DNA of 64,000 bases, taken from the NCBI GenBank assembly GCA_951406725.2, contig OX597839.1:37076001-37140000 (forward strand). Reading direction: 5' to 3'. The notes below the pieces were generated by a model that worked only from the letters and a program-made list of their open reading frames with translations, searched no databases and had not been told where the DNA came from. A program made the translations under genes and the position numbers. Source of the stretch: Octopus vulgaris (Eukaryota). Below are positions 27,511 through 41,160 of this stretch, piece by piece (position 1 is the stretch's first letter; the number at the start of each line of letters is the position of its first letter).

Positions 27511-27859
27511 AATCGGAAGTCTTTGATCTAAGTGAATGAAAATAAAGTTGACTCACGTCAAATTTTAGAAGGAAGTGAAGAGAGAAAGAGAAATCACAAT
27601 CATCGGAGAAATCGATAGAAGCAACTACAACTACAACACAAGCAACAGCACAAACAACAACAACAGCAACAACAGCAACAACAAAAACAACATCAATGAT
27701 AATCATAATGTCTTGTTTAATAGCCACACAGGAGCAAAGACAAGAATGAAAGATATGATAACACGAACACTTAAATAACAGAGTACATTGTGATAAAACA
27801 TTTAAATATACCATAACTCATACATACATACACACACACACACATATATATATATACAT

Positions 27860-28360
27860 AGGTGCAGGAGTGGCTGTGTGGTAAGTAGCTTGCTTACCAA
27901 CCACATGGTTCCGGGTTCAGTCCCACTGCGTGGCACCTTGGGCAAGTGTCTTCTGCTAGAGCCTCGGGCTGACCAAAGCCTTGTGAGTGGATTTGGTAGA
28001 TGGAAACTGAAAGAAGCCTGTCGTATATATGTATATATATATATATATATATATTAATGGCGGTGCCCCAGCATGGCCACAGCTCATGAGCTGAAACTGG
28101 AATCAATCAATCAATCAATTAATCATATGTGTCTGTGTATATGTTTGTGTGTCTGTGTTTGTCCCCCTAGCATTGCTTGACAACCAATGCTGGTGTGTTT
28201 ACGTTCCCGTCACTTAGCGGTTCGGCAAAATAGACCGATAGAATAAGTACTGGGCTTACAAAGAATAAGTCCTGGGGTCGATTTGCTCGATTAAAGGCGG
28301 TGCTCCAGCATGGCCGCAATCAAATGACTGAAACAAGTAAAAGAGTAAAAGAGAGAGAGT
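27860..28360 (+). mobile_element. SINE family A with an internal extra tail fragment (about 28055-28125, (ATCA)n end)
   Basis: Full family A sequence interrupted inside its internal TA tract by ggcggtgccccagcatggccacagctcatgagctgaaactggaatcaatcaatc. Confidence 0.88.
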
Positions 28361-28406
28361 ATAACTCATACATACATACACACACACACACATATATATA
28401 TACATA

Positions 28407-28736
28407 GGTGCAGGTGAGGCTGTGTGGCTAAGAAGTTTGCTTCCCAACCACATGGTATTGAGTTTAGTGCTGCTGCAAGGCAGCTTGCGCAAGTGTCGTT
28501 TAATATAGGCCATGGGCTGACCAAAGCCTTGTGAGTGGATTTGGTGGACAAGTAACTGGGAAAAGCTTGTTGTAGATTGTGAATTTGGACATTTCCCCGA
28601 AACTTAGCGGTTCGGCAAAAGTGACTGATAGAATAAGTAGTAGGCTTACAAGGAATAAGTCCTGGGGTCGATTTGGTCGACTAAAGGCGGTGCTCCAGCA
28701 TGGCCACAATCAAATGACTGAAACAAGTAAAAGAGT
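28407..28736 (+). mobile_element. SINE family A, internally deleted or chimeric
   Basis: Diverged head, well-conserved 3' half. Confidence 0.8.
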
Positions 28737-29021
28737 ATATGTTTGTGTCTTCTTGTCTTGACGCCACGCGATAGTCGTACAAGAGCGTCACTATTATACA
28801 AAGAATATCATTCATTACCGATAGTCTGGGAAAACATGTCTGGCCATGGGTAAATATCACCTTGGAAACAAATGAGGGTTGGCAGCAGGGAGAGCACCAA
28901 GCAATAGAAAATATTCCCAACTAAACTTCATCTGACCAGTGCAAAAAGTGGATGTTAAAATGAGGCTGCTGATTGTATGTGTGTGTGTGTGTGTGTGTTA
29001 CTAAGTATGTAAATAAATTTA

Positions 29022-29232
29022 CTATTTCTTTACTACCCACAAAGGGCTAAATACAGAGGGGACAAACGGATTAAGTCAATTATAGTGACCCCAGTGCGTA
29101 ACTGGTACTTATTTAATCGACCCTGAAAGGATGAAAGGCAAAGTCGACCTCGGTGGAATTTGAACTCAGAACGTAACCGCAGACGAAATACTGCTAAGCA
29201 TTTTGCCCGGTGTGCTAACGATTCTACCAGCT
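29022..29232 (-). mobile_element. SINE family B
   Basis: Reverse-complement match to the family B consensus. Confidence 0.88.
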
Positions 29233-30619
29233 ACATACACATGTTGAATAAATATACTATTAGCAGTGTGTGGAAATAAACTTGAAGTTAAACCACAATA
29301 CTTTATAAACTTGAGTGGAGTAAATTCTTTTTCAAGACCTGACAAAGGGGTAAGCAATTCTGATGACCTGACAATGACCAGCAGTTTGGAGATTACAAAA
29401 TTTGTGGCTGATGCCAACAAAAGCCACTTATTAAATTCATTAGATTTGAACAAAATCATATGTCATGGATAAAGCAGAAAAAAAAACACTGCTCTGTGTG
29501 AAATTTGGTGTGAAGATTTTAAAATATTTACAACAGGACTAAATAAATATTTACTCAATGCTGTCAAAAATATTTAAATCCCATGGCATGTGAACACAAG
29601 CATATCATCGAAGTTTGTAAACTTTCAATATGGACGTGTGTTTGGCTGAATTAACTATTTAACAATGAGAGTGAAGCGAGTCAGGAAGAATCTATTTTGT
29701 TGTTTTATCATAGTTCAGTTAAGATCTCAAACAGAGAACCGTTTTGTATAACACTTTAATTTCTGACATGGATGTACTTTTCAGTATCAAATACCAACCA
29801 CTGATGTCCTGTCTGTCATTGTGAACAGAAAGGTTGGTTCAGAATCTGACTGGGCTAAAGTGAATTGAATGAGGGAGGAAAAGGCCCTCTATAACCGTGC
29901 TCCTCGTGGTTGATTCAATCCAATTTAACACATCTGTGTAACCAACTACATCCATAACAAGCCAATGAGGGAGACCTTGACTGTCACACAACTTACTAAA
30001 AACTGCAGTCAAATCTCCCTCGTGCTATACCATAGTATCTTAAAAATGAATACATTGAGTAAAGTGTTCCTATATACCCCATGTCAGCAGGATGGTCAAT
30101 GCTGGAACATCTTTGATTATAGCTCTGTTTGGGCATGGCTATCCTGGGGCTAAACAGTAACAATTATAGCTGTAATGTTGTGTTTCTCGGTCAAGCATAT
30201 AGGTTTGTATTTAACTTTGAACAAAGAATATCTTTCATCAAAAGACGAAGTAACCAACAAAAATGATAGTACAGCACATGTGAGGTGTTTCAGCTCTTAA
30301 CTGCCTGCATGACACAGTACTGCACAGAACTCCATCTGTTGGCCAATTCTGAAACACATGATATTACACAAATTGTACTAACTTTATTTACATTCATCTT
30401 GAAGGAAGCAAGGAGCATTCTAAACTAAGGAAGAAAACCCTAAACTCGTTCTTTGTCATTCATTTCTGTTCTGTACCAAAACCATTACAGAACTGAGTTT
30501 TTCACCCAGAAAAAAGTTTCAACAAGATGCCCTTCTATCATACTTTAGCCTTCAACACTTGGCATAAAGCCACCTTCCTCTCTCATTCACGCTCAGTCAA
30601 GAAGGCTTTTTCATTGCAA

Positions 30620-30817
30620 GCTACAGTGGTGACACCACTAGTGCTGGCGCCACAAGCAAAGCACCCAGTACACACTGTAAAGTGGTAAGCTTTAGGAAGG
30701 GCATCTAGCCATAGAAACCATGCTAAAGCTGACATTGTGACATGACGCAGCTCTGTGGCTTGTCCAACCATCCAGCCCATTCCAGTACGGAAAATGGATG
30801 CTAGATGATGATGATGT
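30620..30817 (+). mobile_element. Retroposon family C, degraded
   Basis: aagcacccagtacac...taggaagggcatct...gatgatgatg. Confidence 0.7.
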
Positions 30818-31663
30818 TATTCAAAAGGAACATCAATTAAGAGCCAGATGAATAAAACTCAGTTAATGATAAATGAGATAAGATTAATGTCTATGAGGTA
30901 TCTTATCTTATGATATATCTTAAATGCATATGACACTTCATGCACATGTAGAGTCTTTTAAGTTGTCATCTTATGTATTCTAAGTTTTATTCCTTCATCT
31001 TTGTTTCGTTTATATTCCTTCATTCCTCTATTCCGCCAGCCTTGCATCGCTCTACTCCTCTCTCCTTCCATTCCCGCTCTATTCTTATGTCATCATTGTC
31101 GTCGTCGTCGTCGTCAATTTCCGTCAATCTTCGTTAGTCTTTCATCCCCCCCACCCACCGCCTGCTCCTGTTCCACCTGAACAGATTTTCTAAAGATGGC
31201 AATTTGCATTTCTGGCAATTAAAATGAGAACGAGTAACACAGAAGCAAATGTCTTCTCAGATGAATGTTTGATTGAGAATCATCCGAGTGGAAAATTGAT
31301 GAGAGTTTGGGGGAAGGGGAACGGAGCAAACACACTGTTGCTCTCTTTCTCTCTCTTCCCATTTCTCTCTCTCTCTCTCTCTTTCGTTCTCTCTGTCTTT
31401 GTATGAAATACTCCAATTAATGGTAGAGTGCAGCAAAAGCAGCAACGGAGGCAACAGCAGCAGGAGTTGCAGTACTTGCAGCAGCAGCAGCAGCAACAGC
31501 GGTGGTGGTAAATGTAAAGGAAAAAAAAGGAACCCACATAAAATAGAGGAAGTTTCTTTATTTGTAAATTTCTGTGTAGAATTTAAAAAATTGAATTAAT
31601 GGAAGTTTGTAGTTGGGCATATTTGTTTTATTTGCTTTATTGAATATTTCAGAGTTATATATA

Positions 31664-31719
<56 letters not shown>

Positions 31720-32544
31720 ATAAATAAAAATATATGCATACATACAAACATATATGTACGTACCTACATCTACATGTATATATACATGCATATATAAATA
31801 AATATACGTAAGTACAGGACGCCACAACAAGACGTAGAAACGGGAAAATCAAAAAAACAAAAAACAAGAAAACGAAAAAAACAGTTACAGGACGTGCTAC
31901 ACAAGGAAAAACCCCCGTCATCAGCTGTTGCTAGTAGAGTCAAGCATGTTTCGAAGGCAGAGACAGAACACTAATCCACTAGGCCTTCCTGCAAGAGAAT
32001 TAAAATAAAATTCCAAGCAGCGGGGCAAAATGAGTACGAACACGAACAGGACATAACAATAAAACTGCAAAAGTAAAAATACATGTACAAAATATACAAA
32101 TAAATACAAAACGAGAAAATAAAAAGAGAATACGATACAGGAAATCAAACACACAAGAGCACGAACGAAAAAGCCTTTTTTTCTGGCAAGGACGAAGGAT
32201 ACTGTAGCAGCGCGTGGGAGGCAGTCTTTTCAGTAGTAAGAGCAACGTGTAAAAGAAAATTTTATAGGCTGGCAGTAAGGAAGAAGGAAGGGGGAGGGGG
32301 ATAGTCACAATGTGGATTTTCAAATCTCTTATAGGAATATTTATCCAAGATACACTGGTTTAATATATTAAATTTTGAAGAAAAAATCTTTTAATGTGTA
32401 TATTATATAGAATATCGTAAAATACCAGACATTTTTATTGAGTTAGAAAACAGAGAGATCTGATGGATACAAATTAATTTATTAATTAATCATATATACA
32501 TATATATATATAATGTACGTATGTATATGTACATAGGGAGTGGG

Positions 32545-33170
32545 TTGTCGTTGTCTCATGTGGAAATTCATGCCTATCAGGATTTGCAGATCTGAATACA
32601 GACATTGCAATGATGATCTCTGTCACCTGGGGATAGATTGGATTCTGCTCTGCACTGGATCCTTTTCTCCTTCAGAGTGTTATTCCTGACTGCCTCAAAG
32701 TTAGACAAGGCTTGCTTGTAAGAGCTTTTCCTCTGGTCTCTATTCAGTGCTCCTGATTCCCATATCTTCAAGTAAATCTTACAGATTTTCCAGAATGTCT
32801 TAAGAGTATCCTTATAATGGAACAGTGGGCAGCCTTGGTGCCAAGCACCAGAGCTAAGCTGACTGAATAGAGGCCTTGAGGTGAGTGAATGTCTTCTATG
32901 CATACCAAATGGCCAAGCCACTTCAGTTGTGCTTTGGTAAGGAGTCGCTATGCCTAGAATGTCACATCTTTCAAGAACCTCTGAGCTGAGGATTTATCCT
33001 CCCATCTAATGTTTCAAACTGAATGAAGGTGGTGAAGATGGAATGAATTTGGCCATTTAATATATTGTATGTAGAGTGTCCATGTTTCACAGCCATTTAG
33101 GAGAGAGGTAAGCACTACTGCCTGGCACACTTTGGTCTGTGCTGGAGTCTACCAAAACCTAGGTTTGTTT
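32545..33170 (-). pseudogene. Decayed RTE-clade LINE ORF, 3' region
   Basis: Minus strand gives TKVCQAVVLTSLLNGCETWTL and RPLFSQLSSGAWHQGCPLFHYKDTLK...WESGALNRDQ...CNVCIQICKS, typical RTE C-terminus with terminal Zn motif. Confidence 0.85.
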
Positions 33171-33544
33171 TAGCTGATCAGGGGTTGATCTGTTCATCCT
33201 GTTGAGTATTGTTCAACGAGATGCTTCCAATGTAGCGTGCAACTGTTCTGCTGAACTGTCATTCATTAAAGTGGTGAGAGGGTCCACAAAATGTGCACAC
33301 ACACACACGCATACACATGCATACACACATACATGTATACACACACGCATACACACACACACACATGCATACACACACACACACACACACGCATACACAC
33401 ACACACGCATAAACACACACACACATACATGATAAAAAGGAGCAAGCTGAAATTTCAAAGTCCCTGACAACCCTTCCTTTGTAAAAGTTGAATAAACATG
33501 TACACTACTAAAAAGTATTGAGTATTCCTTCATATACATACATA

Positions 33545-33770
33545 CATTCCTTTCTACTCAAGGCACAAGGCCAAAATTTTCGGAGAGGGGGTGGGTGGGC
33601 AGTCGATTAGATCGAACCCGTACACAACTGGTACTTAATTTATTGACTCCAAAAGGATGAAAGACAAAGTCGACCTCAGCGGAATTTGAACTCAGAACGT
33701 AAAGACAGACGAAATACCACTAAGCATTTCACCCGGCATGCTAACGTTTCTGCCAGCCAGCCACCTTAAC
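33545..33770 (-). mobile_element. SINE family B (alternative tail)
   Basis: Reverse-complement match to 4650-4860. Confidence 0.82.
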
Positions 33771-35159
33771 AACATCAATGGTTACATACATATATTAAGC
33801 ATGCACGATCACTAGATCACAGGTTTGATTCCTGGACTGGGCAGCACATTGTGTTCTTGAGCAAAACACTTCATTTCACATTGCCCCGGTTCACACAACT
33901 GCAGATGGGTAACCATGCCACAGACCAGCCTTCCGATCAGAAGGAATCTTGGCCTGCTTGACCAAGCCATCAGGGTGACATCATTCAAAAGCTTAACTGT
34001 TACACATTCAGATTTCTCTGTCAAATGTAATGCTTATTTATCCAAAATGTTTTGAATTAATCATGTGCGATCTTGTAGCTTTGATGTTTTCATAATGCGA
34101 TATTGCTTAATTTTAGAAGGACATTGTAAGGTAGGTCTGAAAGGCAAGGTTTGGCTGGTTAGAACATAAACCATTGTAGAATCTTTAATGATGCAAACTG
34201 CATCGGGACGAGTGATGCATAAAACATCCAACAGCCTGGTTCATCTCATTATGTCACCGCATGAGATATACAAAACATAAACAAGTAAATAGGATCTAAA
34301 TTGTAATATATTGAATATTTGTTTTCCCCAATTTGTAAAATCAAGACCTGCTTGACTCCTCTGCTCTTGCCTCTTTCTCTACATTACTCTCTCTTTCTCT
34401 TATACGCACGCATGCACACACACACACACACACACACACTACACTACACAACACATTTCATTCGCTCTACTCTTTCCTTCTAGCTGTCTCTCTCTTCTCT
34501 CTCGCTCTCTCTCTTCTCTCTCTCTCTCTCGTCTCTCTCGCTCTCTCTCTTCTCTCTCTCTCTTTCTCTCTCTCTCTCTCGTCTCTCTCTCTCTCTTGTC
34601 TCTCTCTCTCTTCTCGCTCTCTCTCTCTCTCTCACCATCCCAACCTGACAACATGTTGTTGAATAATTGCAATCTTTACCTAACATGACATCTCCAGGAA
34701 GTCTGTCATCACCATCTTTCACTGACAAATCCCACATCATTTATTTTGCTAGTGAATATGATAACGGGTGTTGTTGTTGCTGATGTTGTTGTTGTAACTG
34801 TTGATGTTGTTTATGTAATATTGCTCTGGTTGATATTGTTGTTGACGGTGATCTGGTTATTAATTCAATTCATGGTGACTAACCTCTGTCTCAGTCACCA
34901 CACTTTCTCCCACCTTTCAACACCCTACGACACCCCATCACCATCATGATTCAGCCCTTATATCTCCCATACCCACTCTCCTGAACCCCTCTCTCTCTCT
35001 GTTTCTCTCCCTCTATTATTTTACCTTCCTTTATTGAACATCCCATCCCTCTATTTACCCTTCTTCCTACATGCAACAGGATCTTTATTCAACCCAAAAA
35101 TATTATTCAAACATGGAATGTCTGTTTACATAAGATTATATGAATTGTGTGCGTGTGTG

Positions 35160-35203
<44 letters not shown>

Positions 35204-35768
35204 TGTGTGTGTGTATGTGTGTGTGTGTGCACATGCAAATAAATGTGTGGATGCAAGTGCATGTCTATGTCTGCATGTGTATGCACAGCTATTTATATCA
35301 GCAGCCTTTCAACTGGTGCACAGCAAGGGGTATATCTAGATGTGCTGAGAATTTTTTAAATAATGCAATTTTAAGGCTTTGGAAAATCCACAGTTTAAAA
35401 GCAAGCTATTCGTAATTTTTTGCCATAGATACACATAAGTTTGATTAATGAAGCAAGGTAAGCAAATAGCTTTCTATATTATTTTCTAAATGTTTAACTC
35501 TGAAAGATCTTTTTATTTGTTTTTATTAGCATTCCAAATGAAGTGTACAAGCAATGTATTTGTGTATTCTCCAATGTGCCACAGCATGTATACATATGTA
35601 TAAAGTATGAGTGTCTGTGTAAGATTTGTCTTTGTGTAGTGTGTGAGTGTGTATGTTGGTGCAAGTGTATGGATGTATGTTTGTGTATAAATTACCAGAC
35701 ACTGACAACAACTACTTAGAATGGTGTATTGTCGTTGCCATTCTACAAAATTCTTACCATGAATATCC

Positions 35769-36014
35769 GTTTCTTTATTACCCACAAGGGGCTACACACA
35801 GAGGAGACAAACAAGGACAGACAAACGGATTAAGTCGATTACATCGACCCCAGTGTGTAACTGGTACTTAATCTATCGACCCCGAAAGGATGAAAGGCAA
35901 AGTCGACCTCGGCGGAATTTGAACTCAGAACGTAACAGCAGACGAAATACAGCTACGCATTTCGCCCGGCGTGCTAACGGTTCTGCCAGCTCGCCGCCTT
36001 TATGAGTGGATGTG
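35769..36014 (-). mobile_element. SINE family B, young, with TSD
   Basis: 20-bp TSD aattcttaccatgaatatcc at 35749-35768 and 36015-36034. Confidence 0.93.
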
Positions 36015-36139
36015 AATTCTTACCATGAATATCCTTTGCTTAAACATGATCAAACAGCACAGCGCTCTGTTGAATCAATATGGAAGGAACGCTCACAAAG
36101 CTATTAGTTATTTTGTTTGCAATACGTCCACTTGTTGTT

Positions 36140-36515
36140 CCTTCCAGGGGATATCCCTGGAGTAATGTTACGTGATGGGAAGATAGCTCAGAGATCAGGG
36201 AGTATCTCCAGGTTGAGGCACTATTGCTCTGCATTGGGAGGTTACAGCTCTTGTACTACTGACATGTGATTAGGATGTCAAAGGAAAGGTTCACAAAACG
36301 GATTCTTCAAGCCAAACCAACTAGAAAGGAATTCAAACATAGACCAAGAACAAGATGGTTGAATAGTACCAATAGTCTCAATTAGCCATGCTTTGGAATC
36401 CAGACAGAAAGTATAATGATAGTTGCTACTGACAAAACTCTTTGGAGGAGATGCCTGAGGGCTCTATCACCATGCTCTCCGACACCAAAAGAATGGGCAG
36501 AAAAAATTAACGGAT
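36140..36515 (+). pseudogene. Decayed RTE-1/Expander-like LINE 3' end
   Basis: SSEIREYLQVEALLLCIGRLQLLYY*HVIRMSKERFTKRILQAKPTRKEFKHRPRTRWLNS matches the RTE LRW.GH..RM...R.RGRPR.RW motif. Confidence 0.85.
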
Positions 36516-36555
36516 GGGTATATCTACTTAGGTGGAGGCACAATGGCCCAGTGGT

Positions 36556-37010
36556 TCTTTTGCCGAACTGCTAAGTTACGGGGACGTAAACACACCAGCA
36601 TCAGTTATCAAACGATGTTGTTGGGGGGACAAACACAGACACACAAACATATACACACACACATACATATATATATACATATATACGACGGGCTTCTTTC
36701 AGTTTCCATCCCTACCAAATCCACTCACAAGGCTTTGGTCGGCCTGAGGCTATAGTAGAGGACACTTGCCCAAGGTGCCACGCAGTGGGACTGAACCTAG
36801 AACCATGTGGTTAGTAAGCAAGCTACTTACCACACAGCCACTATACAAAAGGCTTCTTTCAGTTTCCATCTCTACCAAATCCACTCACAAGGCTTTGGTC
36901 GGCCCGAGGCTATAGTAGAAGACACTTGCCCAAGGTGCCACGCAGTGGGACTGAACCCGGAACCATGTGGTTGGTAAACAAGCTACTTACCACATAGCCA
37001 CTCTTGCGTC
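36556..37010 (-). mobile_element. SINE family A with tandemly duplicated 5' half
   Basis: 36690-36843 and 36851-37005 are near-identical direct copies of the head region. Confidence 0.88.
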
Positions 37011-37039
37011 TATGCTTGCAAATTTTAAATTTCTTAAGC

Positions 37040-37490
37040 CTGAGGGCATCTTGTATCTCCAAAGAGCACCATTCAACCTTGCATTAAATATTGCTGTCAT
37101 CTTTGGGCTCATTGTAATATGTATCATTGTTGTGCCTTTTCCCCTATAACTATTTCCACGGTCATTGCTCTAATGAACTTTCTGGTCTGGCACTCACTGT
37201 CAAAACTTTTACATGAATCACCTGTCTTCCTCGGCACATTAACTTCTATACTGAACTACTTGTTAGTCACAAGTCCTTTTATTCCAATAATTTTCCTTAA
37301 ACTGCTGCTCTCTGGAACACACTACCATCCTCTAGTTCTCCTCTGGTCTATAATACTCAGTCTTTTAAGCTTTCTGTCAATCGACATCTTTTGAAGTTGT
37401 AGGCCCATTCTTCCCCTTCTTTGTTATCCCATACATTATGCTGACCTCAAGCCTTGTTTGAGGCAAAATCAGATTCAGATAAAAAAAAAG
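37040..37490 (+). pseudogene. Decayed CR1/Jockey-group LINE 3' end
   Basis: YNYFHGHCSNELSGL...LWNTLPSSSSPLVYNTQSFKLSVNRHLL matches the YF.G.CS.EL...LWN.LP...FK..VN pattern. Confidence 0.8.
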
Positions 37491-38016
37491 AAAAAGACAG
37501 ACAGATAGTCAGACCGAAAGACAGACAGACAGTTAGATAAGTAGGTAGATAGATAGGTAGGTATGTAGGTAGGTGTATAGATAGATCAATACATATAATA
37601 CATGCATAACCTAAGACTGGAGAATATAGTTTGAAATCATTTGCTATATCTGTCCACGTTCTGTAACCACTGAAGCTAGCAAGAGCTGCTATAACATGAT
37701 ATTTCACTATGATAACATGAATCCTCTTCATAGGCTTCTTTCTTGGAGTGTAATGGAGCAGAAGGAGTTCTAACTCAATGATTATGTGTCGTGCACTTTA
37801 GCAGATACCATGTACAACATGTATGTCTCTGTGTGAGAATGTTTGTGTTTGAATATGTGTGCGTGTTTGTTTGTTTGTGTGTGTTTGTTTGTGTGTGTCT
37901 GCGTGGGTGTGTACATGTAGATAGACAGACAAACAGACAGAAAGATATGATAGATAGATAACTAGATACACAGGTATGTTGGTAGCTTAGCATGCAGACA
38001 CACACACATTTATATA

Positions 38017-38017
38017 T

Positions 38018-38053
<36 letters not shown>

Positions 38054-38399
38054 TAGATAGATAGATGGATGGATAGACAGACAGATATATTAAGAGATAG
38101 ACAGACAGATAGATAGATAGATAGATAGATGGATGGATAGACAGACAGATATATTAAGAGATAGACAGACAGATAGATAAAGAGATAGAGAGATAGATAG
38201 ATAAATAGATAGATGGATAGATAGATGGATGGATGGATGGATGAATGGATAGATAAATAGATAGATAGATAGATAGATAGATAGACAGGTAGATAAATAG
38301 ATAGATAGATAGATAGATAGATATACAGATAGATAGATAGATGGATAGATAGATGGATAGATAGATAGATATACAGATAGATAGAGAGATAGATAGATG

Positions 38400-38433
<34 letters not shown>

Positions 38434-38445
38434 TAGATAGATAAA
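38017..38445. repeat. (GATA)n/(GACA)n/(GGAT)n compound microsatellite
   Basis: Direct inspection. Confidence 0.95.
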
Positions 38446-39412
38446 GCAATAATGTGTGTGCATGAGAGGGACCTAATGTGTATGTTACTGTGCATGGATT
38501 TGTTGGGTTAAGATGCTTGACAAAAGTCGGATACCCACTCACTGTTTTTGCTCAGATTCGAACTTTGTAAGAAGAAGATTGACACGGAAACCTGCAAGAC
38601 ATTATTTATTTCTTGGTGCCAACTTACCAAATGGCTTCTCTCTCTCTCTCTCTCTCTCTGATTGTAACAGATGGAGAGAGAGGGAAAGAGTAGTGACAAC
38701 AATGAAAATAACAACAACAACAATAATAACAGCAACAACAACAACAACAACAATAATAATACAGTAACAACAACAACAAAAGTAACCACAGTAACAGTAT
38801 CTACAGCAACAGTAACAAGAGAAACAGTGACAACAGCAATAACAACACGAACAACACCCACAACATCAGCCACATCGACAACAACAACATTGACAGTGCT
38901 AAATCCTACAATGGGAGAAAGTGATTAAATTCCAATAATTTCCACAAAAAAAAAAAAAAATTAACAAAAGACGCAAACAAAATTCTTGTAAAATGTTTTT
39001 GTTTTGTTTTGTTTTTTTTGTTGTTGTTTTTTTTTCTTCGGAAGAAGAAGAAGAAGAACTGGAGAATTTAAAAAGTAGAGACTTTGTCTGTCTCATCCTT
39101 TAACTTCTTTCACACGCTCCCACCACTTACCCTTTCTTATCTGCTCCCTCCATCCTTGTCATCTTTCCTACAACAATTCAATTCTATTACTCCACTTCTA
39201 TTATATTATTCCACTTCTATTCCATTATCCCATTGTTGCTGTTGTTGTTATTATTATTATCATCATCACCATCATCGCCATTGTCATCATCATCATCATC
39301 ATCATTATTATTTTGAATGTGGGCTTTGTTCGGTTTTGTTACGGTTTTCCAGTGAATCAATGAATGGATCTTGTTGCAAATGGAATCGCTTTTATTTCTT
39401 CAGAATACAATA

Positions 39413-39448
<36 letters not shown>

Positions 39449-39941
39449 CAGCAGGAGCAGCAGCACAGGTTAGTGAAAGAGGTGACACTGTAACATAACA
39501 ACCGAACTCACTTTACATCCTGGGCCAACCCACACCAAACACATACCATACTGCACCAATTTAAAATATACTGAGCAAGTGACAAAGCCACCACGTGGTC
39601 GTTGGACCTGCAAAACACTGCAGCCATATCTTCCCCAATCAAATGCTATGCCTACAGACTTTGAAATAATTTACTATTTATATACAGGTCCGCCGAGGTC
39701 GACTTTGCCTTTCATCCTTTCGGGGGTCGATAAATTAAGTACCAGTTGCATACTGAGGTTGATCTAATCGACTGGCCCCCGCCTCCCTCAAAATTTCAGG
39801 CCTTGTGCCTAGAGTAGAAAAGAATATTTATATACAAGATAATATGTTAGAAAATAAGGTGGGGTAATCATGGCTGGAATGCTTGGTGAATGATAAATGT
39901 TCAACATGCAAATGTAGCTGTGTGATAAGAAGTTTGCTTCC

Positions 39942-40173
39942 CCAAGGCGGCAAGCTGGCAGAAACGTTAGCATGCCGGGCAAAATGCTTAGTGGTATTTT
40001 GTCTGCCGTTACATTCTGAGTTCAAATTCTGCCGAGGTCGACTTTGCCTTTCATCCTTTCGGGGTCGATAAATTAAGTACCAGTTACGCACTGGGGTTGA
40101 TGTAATCGACTTAAACCTTTTGACTGCCCTTGTTTGTCCCCTCTGTGTTTAGCCCCTTGTGGGCAATAAAGAA
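39942..40173 (+). mobile_element. SINE family B inserted in the head of an old family A copy (39910-40540)
   Basis: 17-bp TSD ataagaagtttgcttcc at 39925-39941 and 40174-40190. Confidence 0.92.
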
Positions 40174-40559
40174 ATAAGAAGTTTGCTTCCTAACCACATG
40201 ATTTTAGGTTCAGTCCCATTGTGTGGCTTCTTGGGCAAGTGTCTTCTCCTACAAGCCCAGGTCAACCAAAGCCTTGTGAGCGGATTTAGTAGACTAACTA
40301 TAAACAGCTCATCAGATAATGCATGTGTGTGTCCCCCACCCCACCCCTGCTTGACAACCGGTGTTGGTTTGTTTACTTCCCCCATAACTAAGTGGTTCAG
40401 CAAAAAAGAGACCAACTGAATAAGTACTGGTCTTTCAAAAGAAAGTATTGGGGTTGATTTGTTTGACTAAACCTTTCAAGGTGGTGCCCCAGCATGGCCA
40501 CAGTCTAGTGACTGAAACAAGTAGAAGGTGAAAGGTAAAAGAGGTAAATGCAGGAATGT

Positions 40560-41160
40560 TTCTCTCAATGCAGGATAACTGAGAAGATGTATCTGTGGGT
40601 TGAGCATTGTCATTTGACAAGGATGTTGAACGAAACACCCATTTTTCCAGAGGTGAATTATTCAAACTCCAAAGAATCCCTCTCAACACATGGCTATGAT
40701 ACTCCCCCACTATTTCTGCTCATGATCAGAGATGCACATATCGTCAGCCACTAAGGGACATCCTTAACTGGTTAAGGTCAAACAACTGACAAGGAAATCT
40801 GTGGTATTGAGCAGAATATTTGCTGTAGCCCATCTTTTATACCAAGACATGATAACACTTCCAATCAGTTAAGATCAGAAGCCATGACAGCCACTGCCTG
40901 GTACTGCATCAGGGCAGTACCAGGGACATGCCACTAAGGGACATGCCACTAAGAGACATGCCACTAAGGAACATGACACTAAGGGACATGCCTCTAAGGG
41001 ACATGCCACTAAGGGACATGCTCAACTGGTTATGGTCAAGCAACTGACAAGATATATTTGTGATATTGAGCAGAATATTTGGTGTAACCCTTCTCTTACA
41101 CCAAGACAAAACGATTCCAATACCAATTAGTTAAGATTAAAAGACATGAGAGCCACTAAA
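40560..41160. repeat. Interspersed-repeat-like segment with hairpin junction, 15-bp tandem array and internal duplication
   Basis: (agggacatgccacta)n at 40922-41020; 40748-40895 duplicated at about 41006-41157. Confidence 0.65.

Noticed and set aside
29250-29620. Possible hAT transposase C-terminal remnant
   Set aside because: Only a vague resemblance (QYF.NLS...NSF); no diagnostic motif readable by eye, needs tBLASTn.
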